Shown here in pieces: positions 29,896-43,789 of a stretch of 64,000 nt of DNA. Both the position numbers and the translations under genes were made by a program. The notes beneath the pieces are model-generated. The model saw only the letters and a program-made list of their open reading frames with translations, searched no databases and was not told the origin of the DNA. Location: NCBI GenBank assembly GCA_964016885.1, contig OZ024757.1, positions 38,006,001 to 38,070,000 of the forward strand. The letters are read 5' to 3'. Origin of the DNA: Eledone cirrhosa (Eukaryota). How positions within the stretch are numbered: the first letter of the stretch is position 1; every line of letters starts with the position of its first letter.

Positions 29896-29931
29896 TCTTT
29901 TGATGAAGGACTAGCGTCCGATACTCTAAGA
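29896..29931 (+). ncRNA. Degenerate minimal HHR-like motif
   Basis: UCUU-UUGAUGA-A-GGAC(uagc)GUCC-GAUA-cucu-AAGA; two core substitutions. Confidence 0.45.
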
Positions 29932-31599
29932 CCCTCTTCCTGCTAGACCAACCGTAAATCTAATATATCCCTTCCATATACTGTACCGATTATGTTGTTA
30001 TTTTTGTTTACCTTTTACACACACACACACACACACTATATATATATATATATATGTATATCGACCCTTAACACCCAGGGTAATCGTAGTGAAAAACGGG
30101 GGTACGGCGTTTCTTGGGCATTTTAAAATATGTATAGCACATGTCCTCTTTAGTTACAAACGCAAACAATTTGTTCCAAAGATATATACATATGTATAGA
30201 TAGAGAGTTAGATATATATATATAGAGAGAGAGAGGGGTGGGGGAGAGATGGAAAATATATTTAGTGAAAGAAATCGACCATAGTACTACATTGGTGCGT
30301 TTTTATCGACCAGAAAAGTATGAAAAGCAAGGTCATCTCTGTGAGATTTCAACCTCCTTCAAATACTGCAGTACATTCCATTCGACTATGTTAATTCAAC
30401 GTCTTCGTTACATAATTACTCACATCAAAATGTTCGAATCAGTTTAAATCTTGGATTAATATTTCAGATGGTATTTCAGATGATAAAAAATCTCCTACCA
30501 CGTAATATGTTATTTTTTAACGTTACTCTACTTACAGTTCCAGTATTGAAAATAAAATCATTCATCTCTGTTATATCCATTTGGACAATTACATACGTTT
30601 CCATAATAATAAATACCTTATTTTTCTTTTACTGATTTAAAACTATTGACAGGCCTTGTGGTATTATAGATGCAAGTTTTCTAATATTCTGTGTTTAACT
30701 AGAGATATATTCAGGGAAATTACTCAGAAACATTAGCTGCAAAACTATACATAATTTATAAAAGCAAAGGCGTTATGCTGACAGATAAAACCATAACATT
30801 ATATCGAAGCACGTTAAAACCTGTAACAGCCTAATTGAAAATTGTAAACTCATGTAAATTAAAAAGAAATTAAGCTTAATTTGCATACAACTTAAAACAA
30901 TCGTCACTCTAAATCTAATGAGTTAACTAATTATAGAACACCAGATATATTCTTTATGCATATTAATTAGCTTAGTATATTCATTGTTTGACAGTTTCTA
31001 CAGTTGCAGACATTAATCTTGGTGTGTAAGAAGTTACACAGATACTTTTAGAATTTAATATACGAATAGGCTATATTACCGGTCCTGGTAAAATAAACAA
31101 ACATGCTTTTTTAAGCTTTATTTACCAGTCCCAGTAAAATAGACATCCAGGCTATTTTGCCGGTAAATATTAATAGTGTTACTCCCTTTACTCTACCCAT
31201 TTACCTGTTCCAGCCATCAGGCTGGAACACCGCCCTTGTTGCTACACGTTCTATATCCAGCCTGTTTTTGCTAGCCATTGGTGTAGGAGGGAGTTCGTTG
31301 CTGCTGCCCTGAGGTTACCTACCTCCCGTGATAAGGGCTCATCTGGGATCCTAGAGTAAAGTGTCAAGATCTTAGGTTTAGATTTCAAATTGTCTAACAA
31401 TTGGTGGTGAAAATAAATAGACTTCTGTGTGATGTTACTTTTAACATTACATGCTTTTATAATAATAAAAAGTATTTACCGGCAAAAGAGCCGATGGGGG
31501 GGGGGGGTCTATTTTGCCGGGACCGGCAAACCACCCTTTTAATTTAAAGCGAATTGCCAGAATCGTTAACGAATGTTGCAGATGATTCGATCAACCGAA

Positions 31600-31865
31600 A
31601 GGCATGTTCCTCAAGTTAATATGCAAGTGGCTGAGCATTCCACAGACATGTGTACTCTTAATGCAGTTCTCAAGGAGATGCAGTGTGGTACAGTGTGTCA
31701 CAATGCTGGTGTTTGTTTATATTACATGTAGAACCGAACTTTAGCTAGCTGAGTTCCCTGGAGCAACGTGAAATAAAGAATATTGCTTAACGACGTATTT
31801 CATTACTAGAAAACGTGCTCACAACATTAGGTTCATTAAATTAACAACCTAACCACTACGCAGTT
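31600..31865 (-). mobile_element. OR1-like CORE SINE
   Basis: gtggctgagcattccacagacatgtgtactcttaa tail, ctggagcaacgtgaaataaag and a degenerate tRNA head. Confidence 0.7.
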
Positions 31866-32413
31866 AGTGTGGCTTCACTAACTGCATGCGCCGTCTATCT
31901 GCCCACCAATATTTTCTCACACGAAGCACGCAGCGATGCTTCCTCATAATAAATGAGTTTCAAGTAATTTATTTTCCAAATATCTGACAAGCAATTTTAA
32001 ATGAGGTTTATTAATATTTGCAAAATTCTGCCTTGGATATTAAATAGTTTATTTAAAATTTTAAACCAGCATGCAAGCTTGTTTCAAGGTATACATACCT
32101 GAAACATCTCCTCAATAACTACAGTATATCAAATAATATGTACATGTTATTATTTTCCTTATCAAATGAGACACGGTCGTAAGCTTCTATGATCACAAGC
32201 ATTTCAAACCAGACCGAGTCCGGGCTCTATATATATTCTAGACTACATGCTCAAATGAACTTTTCTTTTGAAAGAGGGCAGGGTTTTGTTTAACCCTTCC
32301 GTTATCGTATGTTTAATGGGTCAATTTCTACAACTTCATCTCTTGTGGCTGTGATATTTATTCCCCAGCCCCATTGTGCCAAAAGCAGAAACAGTTATTT
32401 AGTAAGTCCCTAA

Positions 32414-32770
32414 GGGCGGTGGTTGGTCAGGGTCGGTAGAGCGTCGGACAAAATGCTTTGAAGCATAGTTACTTTTATGTTCTGTGTTCAAATTCCGCCG
32501 AGTTTAGCTTTGCCATTCATCCTTACGGGGTCGGAAAAATAAAGTACCAGTAATGTACTGGGATCGATTTTATCGACTTTCCTCTCCTCCAACATTGCTG
32601 GCCTTGTGCCTGAAGTAGAAACAATTATTTAGTAAGTCCTCGCTCAAGTCAGGGAATGTGTATTCATCCTTATAGGGTCGATAAATAAGAACCAGTAATG
32701 CACTGAGGTCGATTTAATCGACTTTCCCCTTTCTCAAAATTGCTGGCTTTGTGCCTAAAATAGAAGCAAT
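32414..32770 (+). mobile_element. Tandem OK-like SINEs with an iterated flank
   Basis: ttatttagt(aa/cg)gtc follows each tail (~32396, 32625, 32770). Confidence 0.85.
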
Positions 32771-33394
32771 TATTTAGTCGGTCGTCGCTCAAGCCATCAG
32801 TCAGGAGGTGTACTTCCTAGTGAGAATCTAAAACTACAGAAAAAAAATAACTATAATTTTGTGGTGGGATTTCAATGAAAGGTTCAATAAGCGAATTATT
32901 CGCTCAACATCTTTATACCAAAACCTGACAATATATTTGTTTGTTTCTTCCAATTACAAGTAAAATGTGTTTCAACATTTCTTTATCCATGCAGACAATA
33001 TACTATACACTCTCAGAATGCTATTACCTAGTAGGATTATAATTCTGAATCGGAATATACGTACGGCCTTAATTCTGCACTTTGGCGGGTAAGTGGATAT
33101 TTGTTTTCTATGGTTTTTATTCGATGGAGTTTGGGTTGTTAAAAAATATTTGGTGTGCAATGATTTCATACAGAGTGAGCTTTGCATACGTTGCTCAGTT
33201 TTTCAGGGTTTTCTCTTAATATAAAAAAAAAATATATGTATATATATATGTATAGTTATGCATTTTCAGTGGCTTTCCCATCGAAGGTTTCCAGGTTTTA
33301 ACCAGGGTATATCCTAACCCGAAGGGTGGGCTAGCTAAACCACGAATAGTTCTGACAGGTTTGAAGGTCAGATTCGCTAAACACATACTCAGAC

Positions 33395-33860
33395 ACAAAC
33401 ACAGTCACACTCCCACACACAGTTCCAGGCATACACAGTCCCAGGCATACACAGTCACACACAAACACAGTCACACAAACAGTCACATACAAACACAGTC
33501 ACATACATACAGTCATACACAAACAGTCACATACACACAGTCACATACACACAGTCACATACACACAGTCACACAAACACAGTTACACACAAAGACAGTC
33601 ACACACAAACAGTCACACACAAACAGACACACACAAACACAGTCACACACAAACAGTCACACACAAACACAGTCACACACAGTCACACACAAACAGTCAC
33701 ACACAAACAGTCACACACAAACATAGTCACACACAAACATAGTCACACACAAAGACAGTCACACACAAAAACAGTCACACAAACAGTCACATACACACAA
33801 TCACACAGAGACAGTCACACACAAACAGTCGCACAAACGCAGTCACAAACACTGTCACAC
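33395..33860. repeat. Minisatellite (cagtcacacacaaa)n
   Basis: Direct reading. Confidence 0.9.
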
Positions 33861-35263
33861 ACACACAACACATACACAGACACAATCTCTTACAATCCAA
33901 CATGATCTCACACTCATACTCAGACACACACACAGAGACACACACACAATAAGACACTCACTCACAGATTCACACACATACTCTCACAGACACATACAAT
34001 GACGACAACAACAACACTGATAATACTGATAAACATGAGATCGTAAATGAAGACGTTGTTAATAAAAGTAATGATAATATTATGGATAATATCTGTAATG
34101 AAAAGATATACGTGTAAAAGACACAAATATACAAAAAAATATCAAGAAAATCTAAAAAAAATATCTAACTATAACTAAACGAAGCCACGATTGGATGAAA
34201 ATAAATATAAAATAAAAAACGAAAAACAAAATGGATGTATTAGGGAAAAAATGAAGAAAAATATATTTATAAAGGAAAAAAAAAATATATTTTCAAAACC
34301 TGGCATAAAATTCAGTTGGAAATGTCACTTCGATCATGAATGGCCTTCAGCACTCTAAGATACGATGTTTATTTGCTGGTTTCATAGCAGCAAACAAGAA
34401 AATAATATACGTTGTCAAATAAATATATACACATGCAAGAACAACTCCCTCCACCAACTCTTCACCTAACATCCTCCATGTAGAAATTCTTCTTAAATAT
34501 TTGGTTGAAGTCATGATATTAGTTTGGAGATTCTCTTCCAAGAGATAGATAGAGAGAGAGTGAGTGAGATGGGTCTATAGTGTGTATTTATAGGTGCATG
34601 TGTATATGTTCATACCTGTATGTGTTCGTGTATGTGTTTGTGCGTATGTGCTTAGTGTATGTGTTTAGTGTACGTGTTTTTGTGTGAATGTGTGTGTATG
34701 TGTATATATGTTGATGTGTGTATATGTTGATGTGCGTATATGTTGATGTCTATATGTTGATGTGTGTATATGTGTGGATATGTTGATGTGTGGATATGTT
34801 GATGTGTGGATATGTTGATGTGTGTATATGTTGATGTGCGTATATGTTGATGTGTATATGTTGATATGTGTATATGTTCATGTGTACGTTCACGTGTATT
34901 TATGTATATGTTCATGCATGTTTGTGCATGCATGTGTGTATGTATATATGTGCATGTGTTTATATATGTCGATGTATGTCTATGTATGTATAGATGTACA
35001 TATGAACCTGTGTATGCATGTATATATGTATGTATACATGCATCTATGTATATGTATGGATATATATATATATATATATATCCATACATATACATAGATG
35101 CATGTATATATATATATCCATACATATACATAGATGCATGTATACATACATATATATATACATATATACATATGTATATATGTGTATGTGTGTGCATGCA
35201 TGCATGTATAAGTGTATGTATGGGTATGTATCTCTCTCTATATATATATGCATGCATGCATCA

Positions 35264-35295
<32 letters not shown>

Positions 35296-35308
35296 CTATA
35301 TATATATA

Positions 35309-35353
<45 letters not shown>

Positions 35354-36336
35354 CTATATATATATATATATATGTGTGTCTATGTTAGAGGTTATCATGT
35401 ATACAATTATGTCGTTATATCGTTCTATAATCTTCCGAAATGGACCCTCTACTCTAAAATTCTTCACTCATTCCCTTTCTATTTCATGACTTGCCTGCCG
35501 CATTTTATGTCACATGTTTTCTCTTTCTCACTGTCCCCTTCCTCTCTTCTCTCTCTTTCTCTTTGTACCCCTTTCTCACTCTTTCTCTCGGTCCCCTTTC
35601 TCTCTCTCTTTCTCTCGGTCCCCTTTCTCTCTCTTTGTACCCTTCTCTCTCCCCTTCTCTCTCCCCTTCTCTCTCCCCTTCTCTCTCCCCTTCTCTCTCC
35701 CCTTCTCACTCCCCTTCTCGCTCTGTCCCTCCGTCTTTTTAACTATATCACCTGCACTTCTCTCTTACTCATCTCTGTCTTCCCACTCACCCATCTCTGT
35801 TTCTATATATATATCTCCCTATCTTCTATTTATTTCTGACCCACCTCTCTTTCATTCTCTCTTTCTATCTTCCTCTCTTCTCTCTCCCGCCTCTTTCTTT
35901 CTCTGTCTTTCTTTCTGTCTTTCTCTCTAATCCCTATCTGTCTTTCTCTCTATATCTTCCCCTCTTCTCTATCCCATCTCTCTTTCTTTCTCTCTATATC
36001 ATCCTCTCTTATATGTCCCATCTCTCATTCTCTCTATATCTTTTTCTCTGTATCTTCCTCTCTTCTCTGACCCACCCGTCTCTTTCTTTCTCTCTCTATC
36101 TTCCACTCTCTCTCTCTCTCTCTCTCTCGATCCCAAATATAGTAATATTTATTCCGATATCAATTCCCAACTAATGTACAAAGCTAAAACATATAATCAT
36201 CCTAAGAAGACTCCAAAATTGTACACACCAAAATGTTAACTCCTAGTTTCCTTTAGAAGAATTTCCTTCTTAATAAGTATTCCAACAATATCCAGTTTAC
36301 TGCTCATCTATCGAAGATGGAAGACTACCAAATATC

Positions 36337-36700
36337 TTAACCCTTTAGCATTTACATTACTCTCTATATACTATTGTATTTGTGTTAAAGGCTTTCCTTT
36401 CGTAATTATTTCACATAATATCGAATCTACGAGATTTTGAAATTATTTATTTTGAGAATAATACCTTAACACCAATATGAGTGGCCTGTTACGGCCGGTT
36501 TGAACAGAAAGTGGTGAGAGAATTCTGGCCGGATATGACCAGTTTAACCCATTATCATTTATATTACTCTATATATACTATTGTATTTTTGTGGAAAAGG
36601 TTTTCGTTACATAATTATCTCACATAATATCGAATCTCTGAGATTTTGATATTATTTATTTTGGAAACGATACCTTACGATTGGTATGAGTGGCTGGTCA
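36337..36700 (+). mobile_element. piggyBac-like (TTAA) MITE, two nested or tandem copies
   Basis: TTAAccctttagcatt at 36337; the second copy starts TTAAcccattatcatt at 36544, inside the 3' end of the first. Confidence 0.75.
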
Positions 36701-36880
36701 TCCCAGGCCAGTGATCCCAGAGGTGCCATCGTACTTAGAGCCGGCTAGTTTCAACAACGTCCTCCAACGCTCTTGTACCTCTACCAGCCCCTCAGCATCC
36801 TCCATGATGACGACAACCATCTGGAGATCTGATCTTCTTTAATGAAATCCAGCTATCTGGTGAATGTCTGCTGTAGAACC
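36700..36880 (-). mobile_element. Probable RTE-like LINE 3' fragment
   Basis: TR*LDFIKED..MEDAEGLVEVQERWRTLL resembles an RTE C-terminus. Confidence 0.45.
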
Positions 36881-36967
36881 TCATTCATTGGTTGACGTTG
36901 TTGTTGTTGCTGTAGGTATGTCAAGATCTGAGAATCGATGAGTGGATGGTACGTGCTAGATCAGCTA

Positions 36968-37230
36968 TAAATAAAAGTACGAGTGTTGGAGCAGATCTTC
37001 ATTCATCTCGCTTCACCTAGTGGTTGTACTTGTGACGATGAGGATGATAGTGGTGTTGATAAAAGGTCAAGTGTCCGCGCAGAGCTTTATTCATCTCGAT
37101 TGACGTTGTTATTGCTGTTGTAGTTGCTGTGATGGTGGTGGCGGCGGAGGTGGTGTTGATGATAAAAGGTCGAGTGTCACGTAGTTCCATTCATCTCGGC
37201 TTACACTGACGGTGTTGTAGTTGTAGTTGA
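36968..37230 (+). repeat. ~95-bp tandem units; fourth copy at ~38326-38390
   Basis: gataaaaggtcgagtgtc..cattcatctcggcttacactgacg. Confidence 0.8.
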
Positions 37231-37565
37231 GGCTTAGTGGTTAGAGCATTGGGCTTGCAATCGGAAAGTTGTGAGTTCGATTCTCAGACCGAGTGATGCG
37301 TTGTTCCCTTGAACAAGATAATTTATTTCACAATACTCCAGTTTACTCAGCTGTAGAAATGAATTGTGATGTCACTGGTGCCAAGCTGTATCGGACACTG
37401 CCTTTCGCCTAGACAGCATATGTAGTGTATATATAGTGTATATATAGAGTATGGAGTGTAGACTGTGTATATATAGAGTATGGAGTGTAGACTGTGTATA
37501 TATATGTTATCACGTCACTGGTGCAAGTTGTAGCGGCGTTTGCCTTTCCCTTGACACCATATGTA

Positions 37566-37662
<97 letters not shown>

Positions 37663-38058
37663 GAGCCGTCGAAACGGCTTGAGCTCTGCCGTCGGGGTCA
37701 TACGTTTTCATATATATATATATATATATATGTATATTTGAAAAAAGGAAAATAATGACTTTACTTGTAGTTTTAAACAAATTGATTTCATTTTTTTAAT
37801 TTTATAATATAAGTGTTTCTATTTTAGGCACAAGGCCAGCAATAATCCAGTACATTACTGGTACTTTATTTTAACGACCCCGTAAGGATGAAAGGCAAAG
37901 TTAACCTCGGCGGGATTTGAACTCAGACCGTAAAGGGACATAATAACATGAGTTGGTAGATCTAGTAAATTCCGTGTTAACTTCGGTGGGGAGATTTTTA
38001 AAGATTCCTGGTTAACTTTCCTGGAGAACTTTCTCGCATTCGTCGGTGATGATTGTCA

Positions 38059-38099
<41 letters not shown>

Positions 38100-38280
38100 A
38101 AAGCACTGGTACGAAGTTGCATTGGCCTTTGCCTTGGACAACATCAGTGGCGTGGAGAGGGAAGTCTGGTATGCATTGGTGACTGCTGGTCTTCCACAAA
38201 CAACCTTGCCCCCACTTGTGCCTCAAAGGGAAACACTCTAGATGAAAATCCTATGGTTATTCATGACCGAAGGGGTTCTA
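37230..38280 (+). mobile_element. OR2-like CORE SINE split by insertions
   Basis: Head and CORE at 37230-37410, partial duplicate at 37513-37560, tail at 38103-38280. Microsatellites, a TA-element fragment and an OK SINE (37813-37940, -) lie between. Confidence 0.8.
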
Positions 38281-38540
38281 TACCTACCTATTTTTGACGA
38301 TGATGGTATTGATGGCGGTGGTTTTGATAAAAGGTCGTGTGTCCGCATAGAGATTCATTCGTGTCGGCTTACACTGACGTTGTAGTTGTTTTTGAGATAA
38401 AGGTGTTGGTGTTGGCGGTGTTTCACATCGGTAGTCTTGTTATCTTTGAGATTCCACACACCGTCAATCTTGTTATTCCTGTTATTATTACTGTCAATGA
38501 TATTCCAAGCATTGATTAAACATTGCTATCCTCCTATCCA

Positions 38541-38648
<108 letters not shown>

Positions 38649-38939
38649 TATTTTTTTTCCTCTCATTTCTACACACGGTGATCTTAGTGATATTATCGTA
38701 GTCATCGTTATTGTTGTTGTTAGTTCCAATTAAGTACAAGTTATCGCTTCTACTATTTCTGTTTTTTTCTTATTCTACTATTTCTTTTCTGTTTTTTATT
38801 TCTATACCTTATCAATATTACTTTAGGAATTTAAGTACGACAAATTGAAAACCAATGCAATCTATTTTCCTGCTCCGCCATTTTTTTTTTTATTTTTAAT
38901 CTTTTCATTTCACCTCCTTCAATGATGAGATGTTGCTAT

Positions 38940-39830
38940 TTCTATCTATATTGTTGCAATTTCTTAGGCAGTTGATGTTATTATTGTTGTTGTTGTTGTT
39001 ATTGTTGCAGTTTCTTAGCTGTTGTTGTTGGAGTTGTTGTTATTGTAGTTTCTTAGGCAGTAGTTGTTGTTGTTGTTATTGTTGTAGTTTCTTAGGCAGT
39101 TGTTGTTATTGATGCAGTTTCTTAAATAGCTGTTGTTGTTATTGTTGCAGTTTCTTAGGCAGTTGTTGTTGTTATTGCTGTTCTTGTTATCGTTGCAGTT
39201 TCTTAAACAGTTGTTATTGTTGTTATGCAGTTTCTTAGGCAGTTGTTGTTGTTATTGTTGTTGTTGTTGCATTTCTTAGGCAGTTGTAGTTGCTGTTGCT
39301 GCTGTTGTTGTTATTGTTGCTATTTCTTAGGTAGTTGTTGGCAATGTTGTTGTTTCTGAAGCAGTTGTTATTGTTATTTCTTAGGCAGTTGTTGTTGCTG
39401 CTTTTTAGTTAGTTGATGTTGTTGTTGTTGTTGGTCTCTCTTAAGAAGTCGTTTCTTTTTGTTGATGTTTCTTAGACTGTTGCTGTCTCTTTGGCAGTTG
39501 TTGTTAATGGTGTAGTTGTTGTTGTTGTTACTTTGACAGTTGTTGCTGCAATTATTATTATTGTCAATAATGTTCTAGCTGCTACTATTGGTAATCTTAC
39601 TATTACTATAAACGCCTCACAGCTATTTTTCTTTCTTTCTATCATTCCATCTTCCATTCTATCATTCTATCTACCATTCTATCTACCATTCTATCATTCT
39701 ATCTTTCATTCTATCTACCATTCTATCATTCTATCTTTCATTCTATCTTCCATTCTATCATTCTATCTACCATTCTACCATTCTATCAGTCTATCTACCA
39801 TTCTATCGTTCCATTCTCCATTCTAAATAT
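38940..39830. repeat. (GTT)n-gcagtttcttaggca and (cattctat)n minisatellites
   Basis: Direct reading. Confidence 0.88.
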
Positions 39831-40062
39831 TCTATCCCCTCCATATAACATCTGCTACATTGATTAGTATTACAAGAATGACTACATGTACTTATCTTAT
39901 TTTCTTACTAAACTATCCGATATTTTATTATTTTCCTTGTTATTTTGATATTTATTTCGTGCTGATGCCAGCTTGGTATGATATCGCCATTTTGACTGCA
40001 TCTATTACATTCGATATCTCAAATGGCATCACCTGCATACCTATATATATATATATACATAT

Positions 40063-40129
<67 letters not shown>

Positions 40130-40135
40130 CATATG

Positions 40136-40187
<52 letters not shown>

Positions 40188-40216
40188 CATATGCACACAC
40201 ATATATATATACATAT

Positions 40217-40256
<40 letters not shown>

Positions 40257-40262
40257 CATATG

Positions 40263-40314
<52 letters not shown>

Positions 40315-40514
40315 CATATGCACATGTATATATATATATATATATATAAATACATATGCACACACACACATATATATATATATATGTATATATATAAATA
40401 CATATGCACACACACATATATATATATATATATAAATACATATGCACACACACACATATATATATATATATAAATACATATGCACACACATATATATATA
40501 TATAAATACATATG

Positions 40515-40571
<57 letters not shown>

Positions 40572-40631
40572 GCATATATATATATATATTATTCAAAATA
40601 TTAATAAATGGATACATTCACATAATCAAAA

Positions 40632-40703
40632 TATGTTTTATTATATATATTTCGGAGGTACTGTGCTGTTTTTTTAGTACGTCCTCATCAGATAAAATAC
40701 ATA
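40632..40703 (-). ncRNA. Type I hammerhead ribozyme, intact core
   Basis: UAUG-UA-UUUUAU-CUGAUGA-GGACGUAC(15 nt)GUACCUCC-GAA-AUAUAUAU-A|AUAAAA-CAUA. Predicted cleavage between 40642 and 40641. Confidence 0.87.
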
Positions 40704-40780
40704 AATTGATGTATGACATACCTCAACTGTGCTGATGGTTCAATTCCAGTCTTGACAGTGACGTATGCCATACATCAATT

Positions 40781-40852
40781 TATGTATTTTATCCGATGAG
40801 GACGTATTAAAAAAACAGCACAGTACCTCCGCAATATATATAATAAAACATA
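40781..40852 (+). ncRNA. Mutated HHR copy (U4C, A13C), likely inactive
   Basis: ccgatga..gcaa in the right arm of the fold-back. Confidence 0.75.
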
Positions 40853-41069
40853 TATTTTGATTATGTGAATGTCTTCATTTATTAATATTTTGAATAATAT
40901 TAATAACTCCAGAAAACTTCTTTGTTGAGTGCTTTTAATCTATTGTAAAACTATATTCATTGAATAATCAATGAAGGTTGTTTAACATTTGGTTATATAT
41001 ATATATATATAAGCATATACATATACACATAAACATAAATATACACAGGAAATACACACACACACACAC

Positions 41070-41682
41070 ACACATGGTTGCTGCCAACTCGTCTTCGTGT
41101 ACGACCACTACATTATATCCATTTAGGAGAACCCCTACCGATGCGCTGAACGAGTGTGACTTTTTAGTCCAGCCAGCGACTTGAAAACTCTGGTACAAAC
41201 ACTACACTTGTGACAATTATTGACACATAGTGCTGGGCCCATGGTACCATGTGACGACAAGTGCAGAGAGATCTCCAGATATAAAGCAATGCCTGTGTCG
41301 TGAAGCTTTTATAGTGAACAAAGGCACTGCACAAAGCCAGTCCCACTCTCTTAACCAAGATGATATTTACCAAAAAGAAAAACAAGTCAACATCATTGGA
41401 TACCATTAGGGTTGCAGGTGTTATATCAGTTTTCCTTCTCCTAGAATTCTGCCTTGACAAAGGCTAAGGGGTCATCTCTCCCGGTCATTTTGGATGGCCA
41501 TTGACTCTTAAGAACTCCTTTGCTCTTTGAGAGGTTTTGTTTTTAGTCCTGCAGGATGTCCAAAGTGACCCTCCTCGCCAAGACACCTTGGTGGGGTTGC
41601 CAGTTTAGTCGCCAACGACCCGACCATTAGACAAATTGTACGGGGATACATGTTACCATTAGCACCAACTGGTGACCTGGTA
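41070..41682 (-). mobile_element. Probable RTE LINE 5' UTR fragment
   Basis: cagttttccttctcctagaattctgccttgacaaaggcta resembles RTE 5' UTR motifs; GC content is elevated. Confidence 0.45.
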
Positions 41683-41875
41683 TACATACATACATACATA
41701 CATACATACATACATACATACATACATACATACATACATACATACATACATACCTTATCCTCGTAACAAGTTATACATACCAGAAAACTAACCGAAATCT
41801 AATTTTAATTCCATTTATATTTGATAATCATTACTTCTCTCATTACTTGTCATTGCTTTCTCTTCATTTTGTTGT

Positions 41876-42385
41876 CGTTGTTATCTCTTTACCTTATGTA
41901 TAGTTGTCACTCTCTCTCTTTCTCTCTCGTCGTTATCTCTTTACCTTATGTATAGTTGTCACTCTCTCTCTTTCTCTCTCGTCGTTATCTCTTTACCTTA
42001 TGTATAGTTGTCACTCTCTCTCTTTCTCTCTCGTCGTTATCTCTTTACCTTATGTATAGTTGTCACTCTCTCTCTTTCTCTCTCGTCGTTATCTCTTTAC
42101 CTTATGTATAGTTGTCACTCTCTCTCTTTCTCTCTCGTCGTTATCTCTTTACCTTATGTATAGTTGTCACTCTCTTTCTCTCTCGTCGTTATCTCTTTAC
42201 CTTATGTATAGTTGTCACTCTCTCTCTTTCTCTCTCGTCGTTATCTCTTTACCTTATGTATAGTTGTCACTCTCTCTCTTTCTCTCTCGTCGTTATCTCT
42301 TTACCTTATGTATAGTTGTCACTCTCTCTCTTTCTCTCTCGTCGTTATCTCTTTACCTTATGTATAGTTGTCACTCTCTTTCTCT
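41876..42385. repeat. 52-bp minisatellite, ~10 copies
   Basis: gttatctctttaccttatgtatagttgtcactctctctctttctctctcgtc. Confidence 0.96.
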
Positions 42386-42641
42386 CTCCTTTGTTCTCTT
42401 TCTGTCTCTCTCCCAGTCTCTCTTTGTCTCTCTGTCTCTCTCTTACTTTCTTTTTTTCTCTATGTCTGCCACTATCTCTCTTTCAGCCACACACACACTC
42501 ACTCACTCACTCACTCACTCACTCACTCACTCACTCACTCTCAATTTTGCTTTATTTCCTATTCGGTTTCAAGTTTTGTGATATTCTAAATCTCTGTATT
42601 TTTGGCTTCCTATCACCTAATTTTTATATTCATTATTATTA

Positions 42642-43172
42642 TTAACTTTGCCTTTCATCCTTCTGGGGTCGATAGAATAAAGTACCAGTAATGCACTGGG
42701 TAATTGCTGGCCTTGTGCCAAAAGTATAAACAATTATTATTATTATTATATAAATAATAATGAGAGTATTCTCAATATTGATGATGATGATGATAATAAT
42801 AATTGTTTTTACTTTGGCTCAAGGCCAGCAATTACCCAGTGCATTACTGGTACTTTATTTTATCGACCTCGTAATGATAAAAGACAAAGTTAACCTCGAC
42901 GAGATTAACTTTGCTTTTCATCATTACGGGGTCGATAAATAAAGTACCAGTAATGAACTGGGTAATTGTTGGCTTGTGCCAAAAGTAGAAAGTATTATTA
43001 TTGGATTGGTAACATCGGTAGAGCGTCGGACAAAATGCTTTTCAGCACAGTTACGGCCCTTTATGATCTGAGTTCAAATCTCGCCGAGGTTCACTTTGCC
43101 TTTCATCCTTACGGGGTCGATAAAATAAAGTACCAGTAATGCACTGGGGTAATTTGCTGGCCTTGTGCCAAG
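42642..43172. mobile_element. OK-like SINE cluster (+,-,+,+) with an inverted pair at 42802-42991
   Basis: Consensus motifs in alternating orientation. Confidence 0.88.
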
Positions 43173-43789
43173 ATAACAATGACAGTGTTGTTAATGATGT
43201 CAACAATATGAAGAACAATATCTTTTTTAAGATATTTAACAGAAGGAAAACAATGAAATAATATTCAGTTGAAAAGATATTGAAATAAACATCACAAATA
43301 AAAACCAAAGTTTTCGAGTCACCGAACATTGATTGTAGAATGAATAGGAGAATATTTACAAAGGATTGCATATTGGATGTCTACTACTACTGCTACTACT
43401 ACTACTACTGCTACTAATACTACTGCTACTAATACTACTGCTACTAATACTACTGCTACTACTGCTACTACTACTTTTACTACTACTACTACCACTACTT
43501 TTCTTTTTTTTCTCTTTTCTTTTTCTTCTCATATCATGCTAAAAATGATTAACCACAACATCAACAATAAATCTAACATTGATTAACAAGAAAATCTAGG
43601 AAGGAATATAATGGAAACAGGAAAAAAATGCAAATTTTCGTCATTAAAATTCATTAAGAAGAACATTTACAGAAATTGTGATTGGATCCAATTCGGAATT
43701 TCTTTCTAAACACATCTGGAATTGATGTAAAAGATGTTTGCTTTGCTGTTTATTCTAACTGTCACTGTTGTTTTCCAGGAATCATAATG

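Larger units (their letters stand above)
40586..40900. mobile_element. Fold-back with ~145-bp arms and an HHR in each arm (PLE pseudo-LTR-like)
   Basis: Arms at 40586-40730 and 40755-40900; abuts a (TA)n/(CA)n array. Confidence 0.85.

Noticed and set aside
41876-42385. CRISPR-like array (also 47870-48245 and 36968-37230)
   Set aside because: No unique spacers, no cas genes and a eukaryotic context; these are minisatellites.
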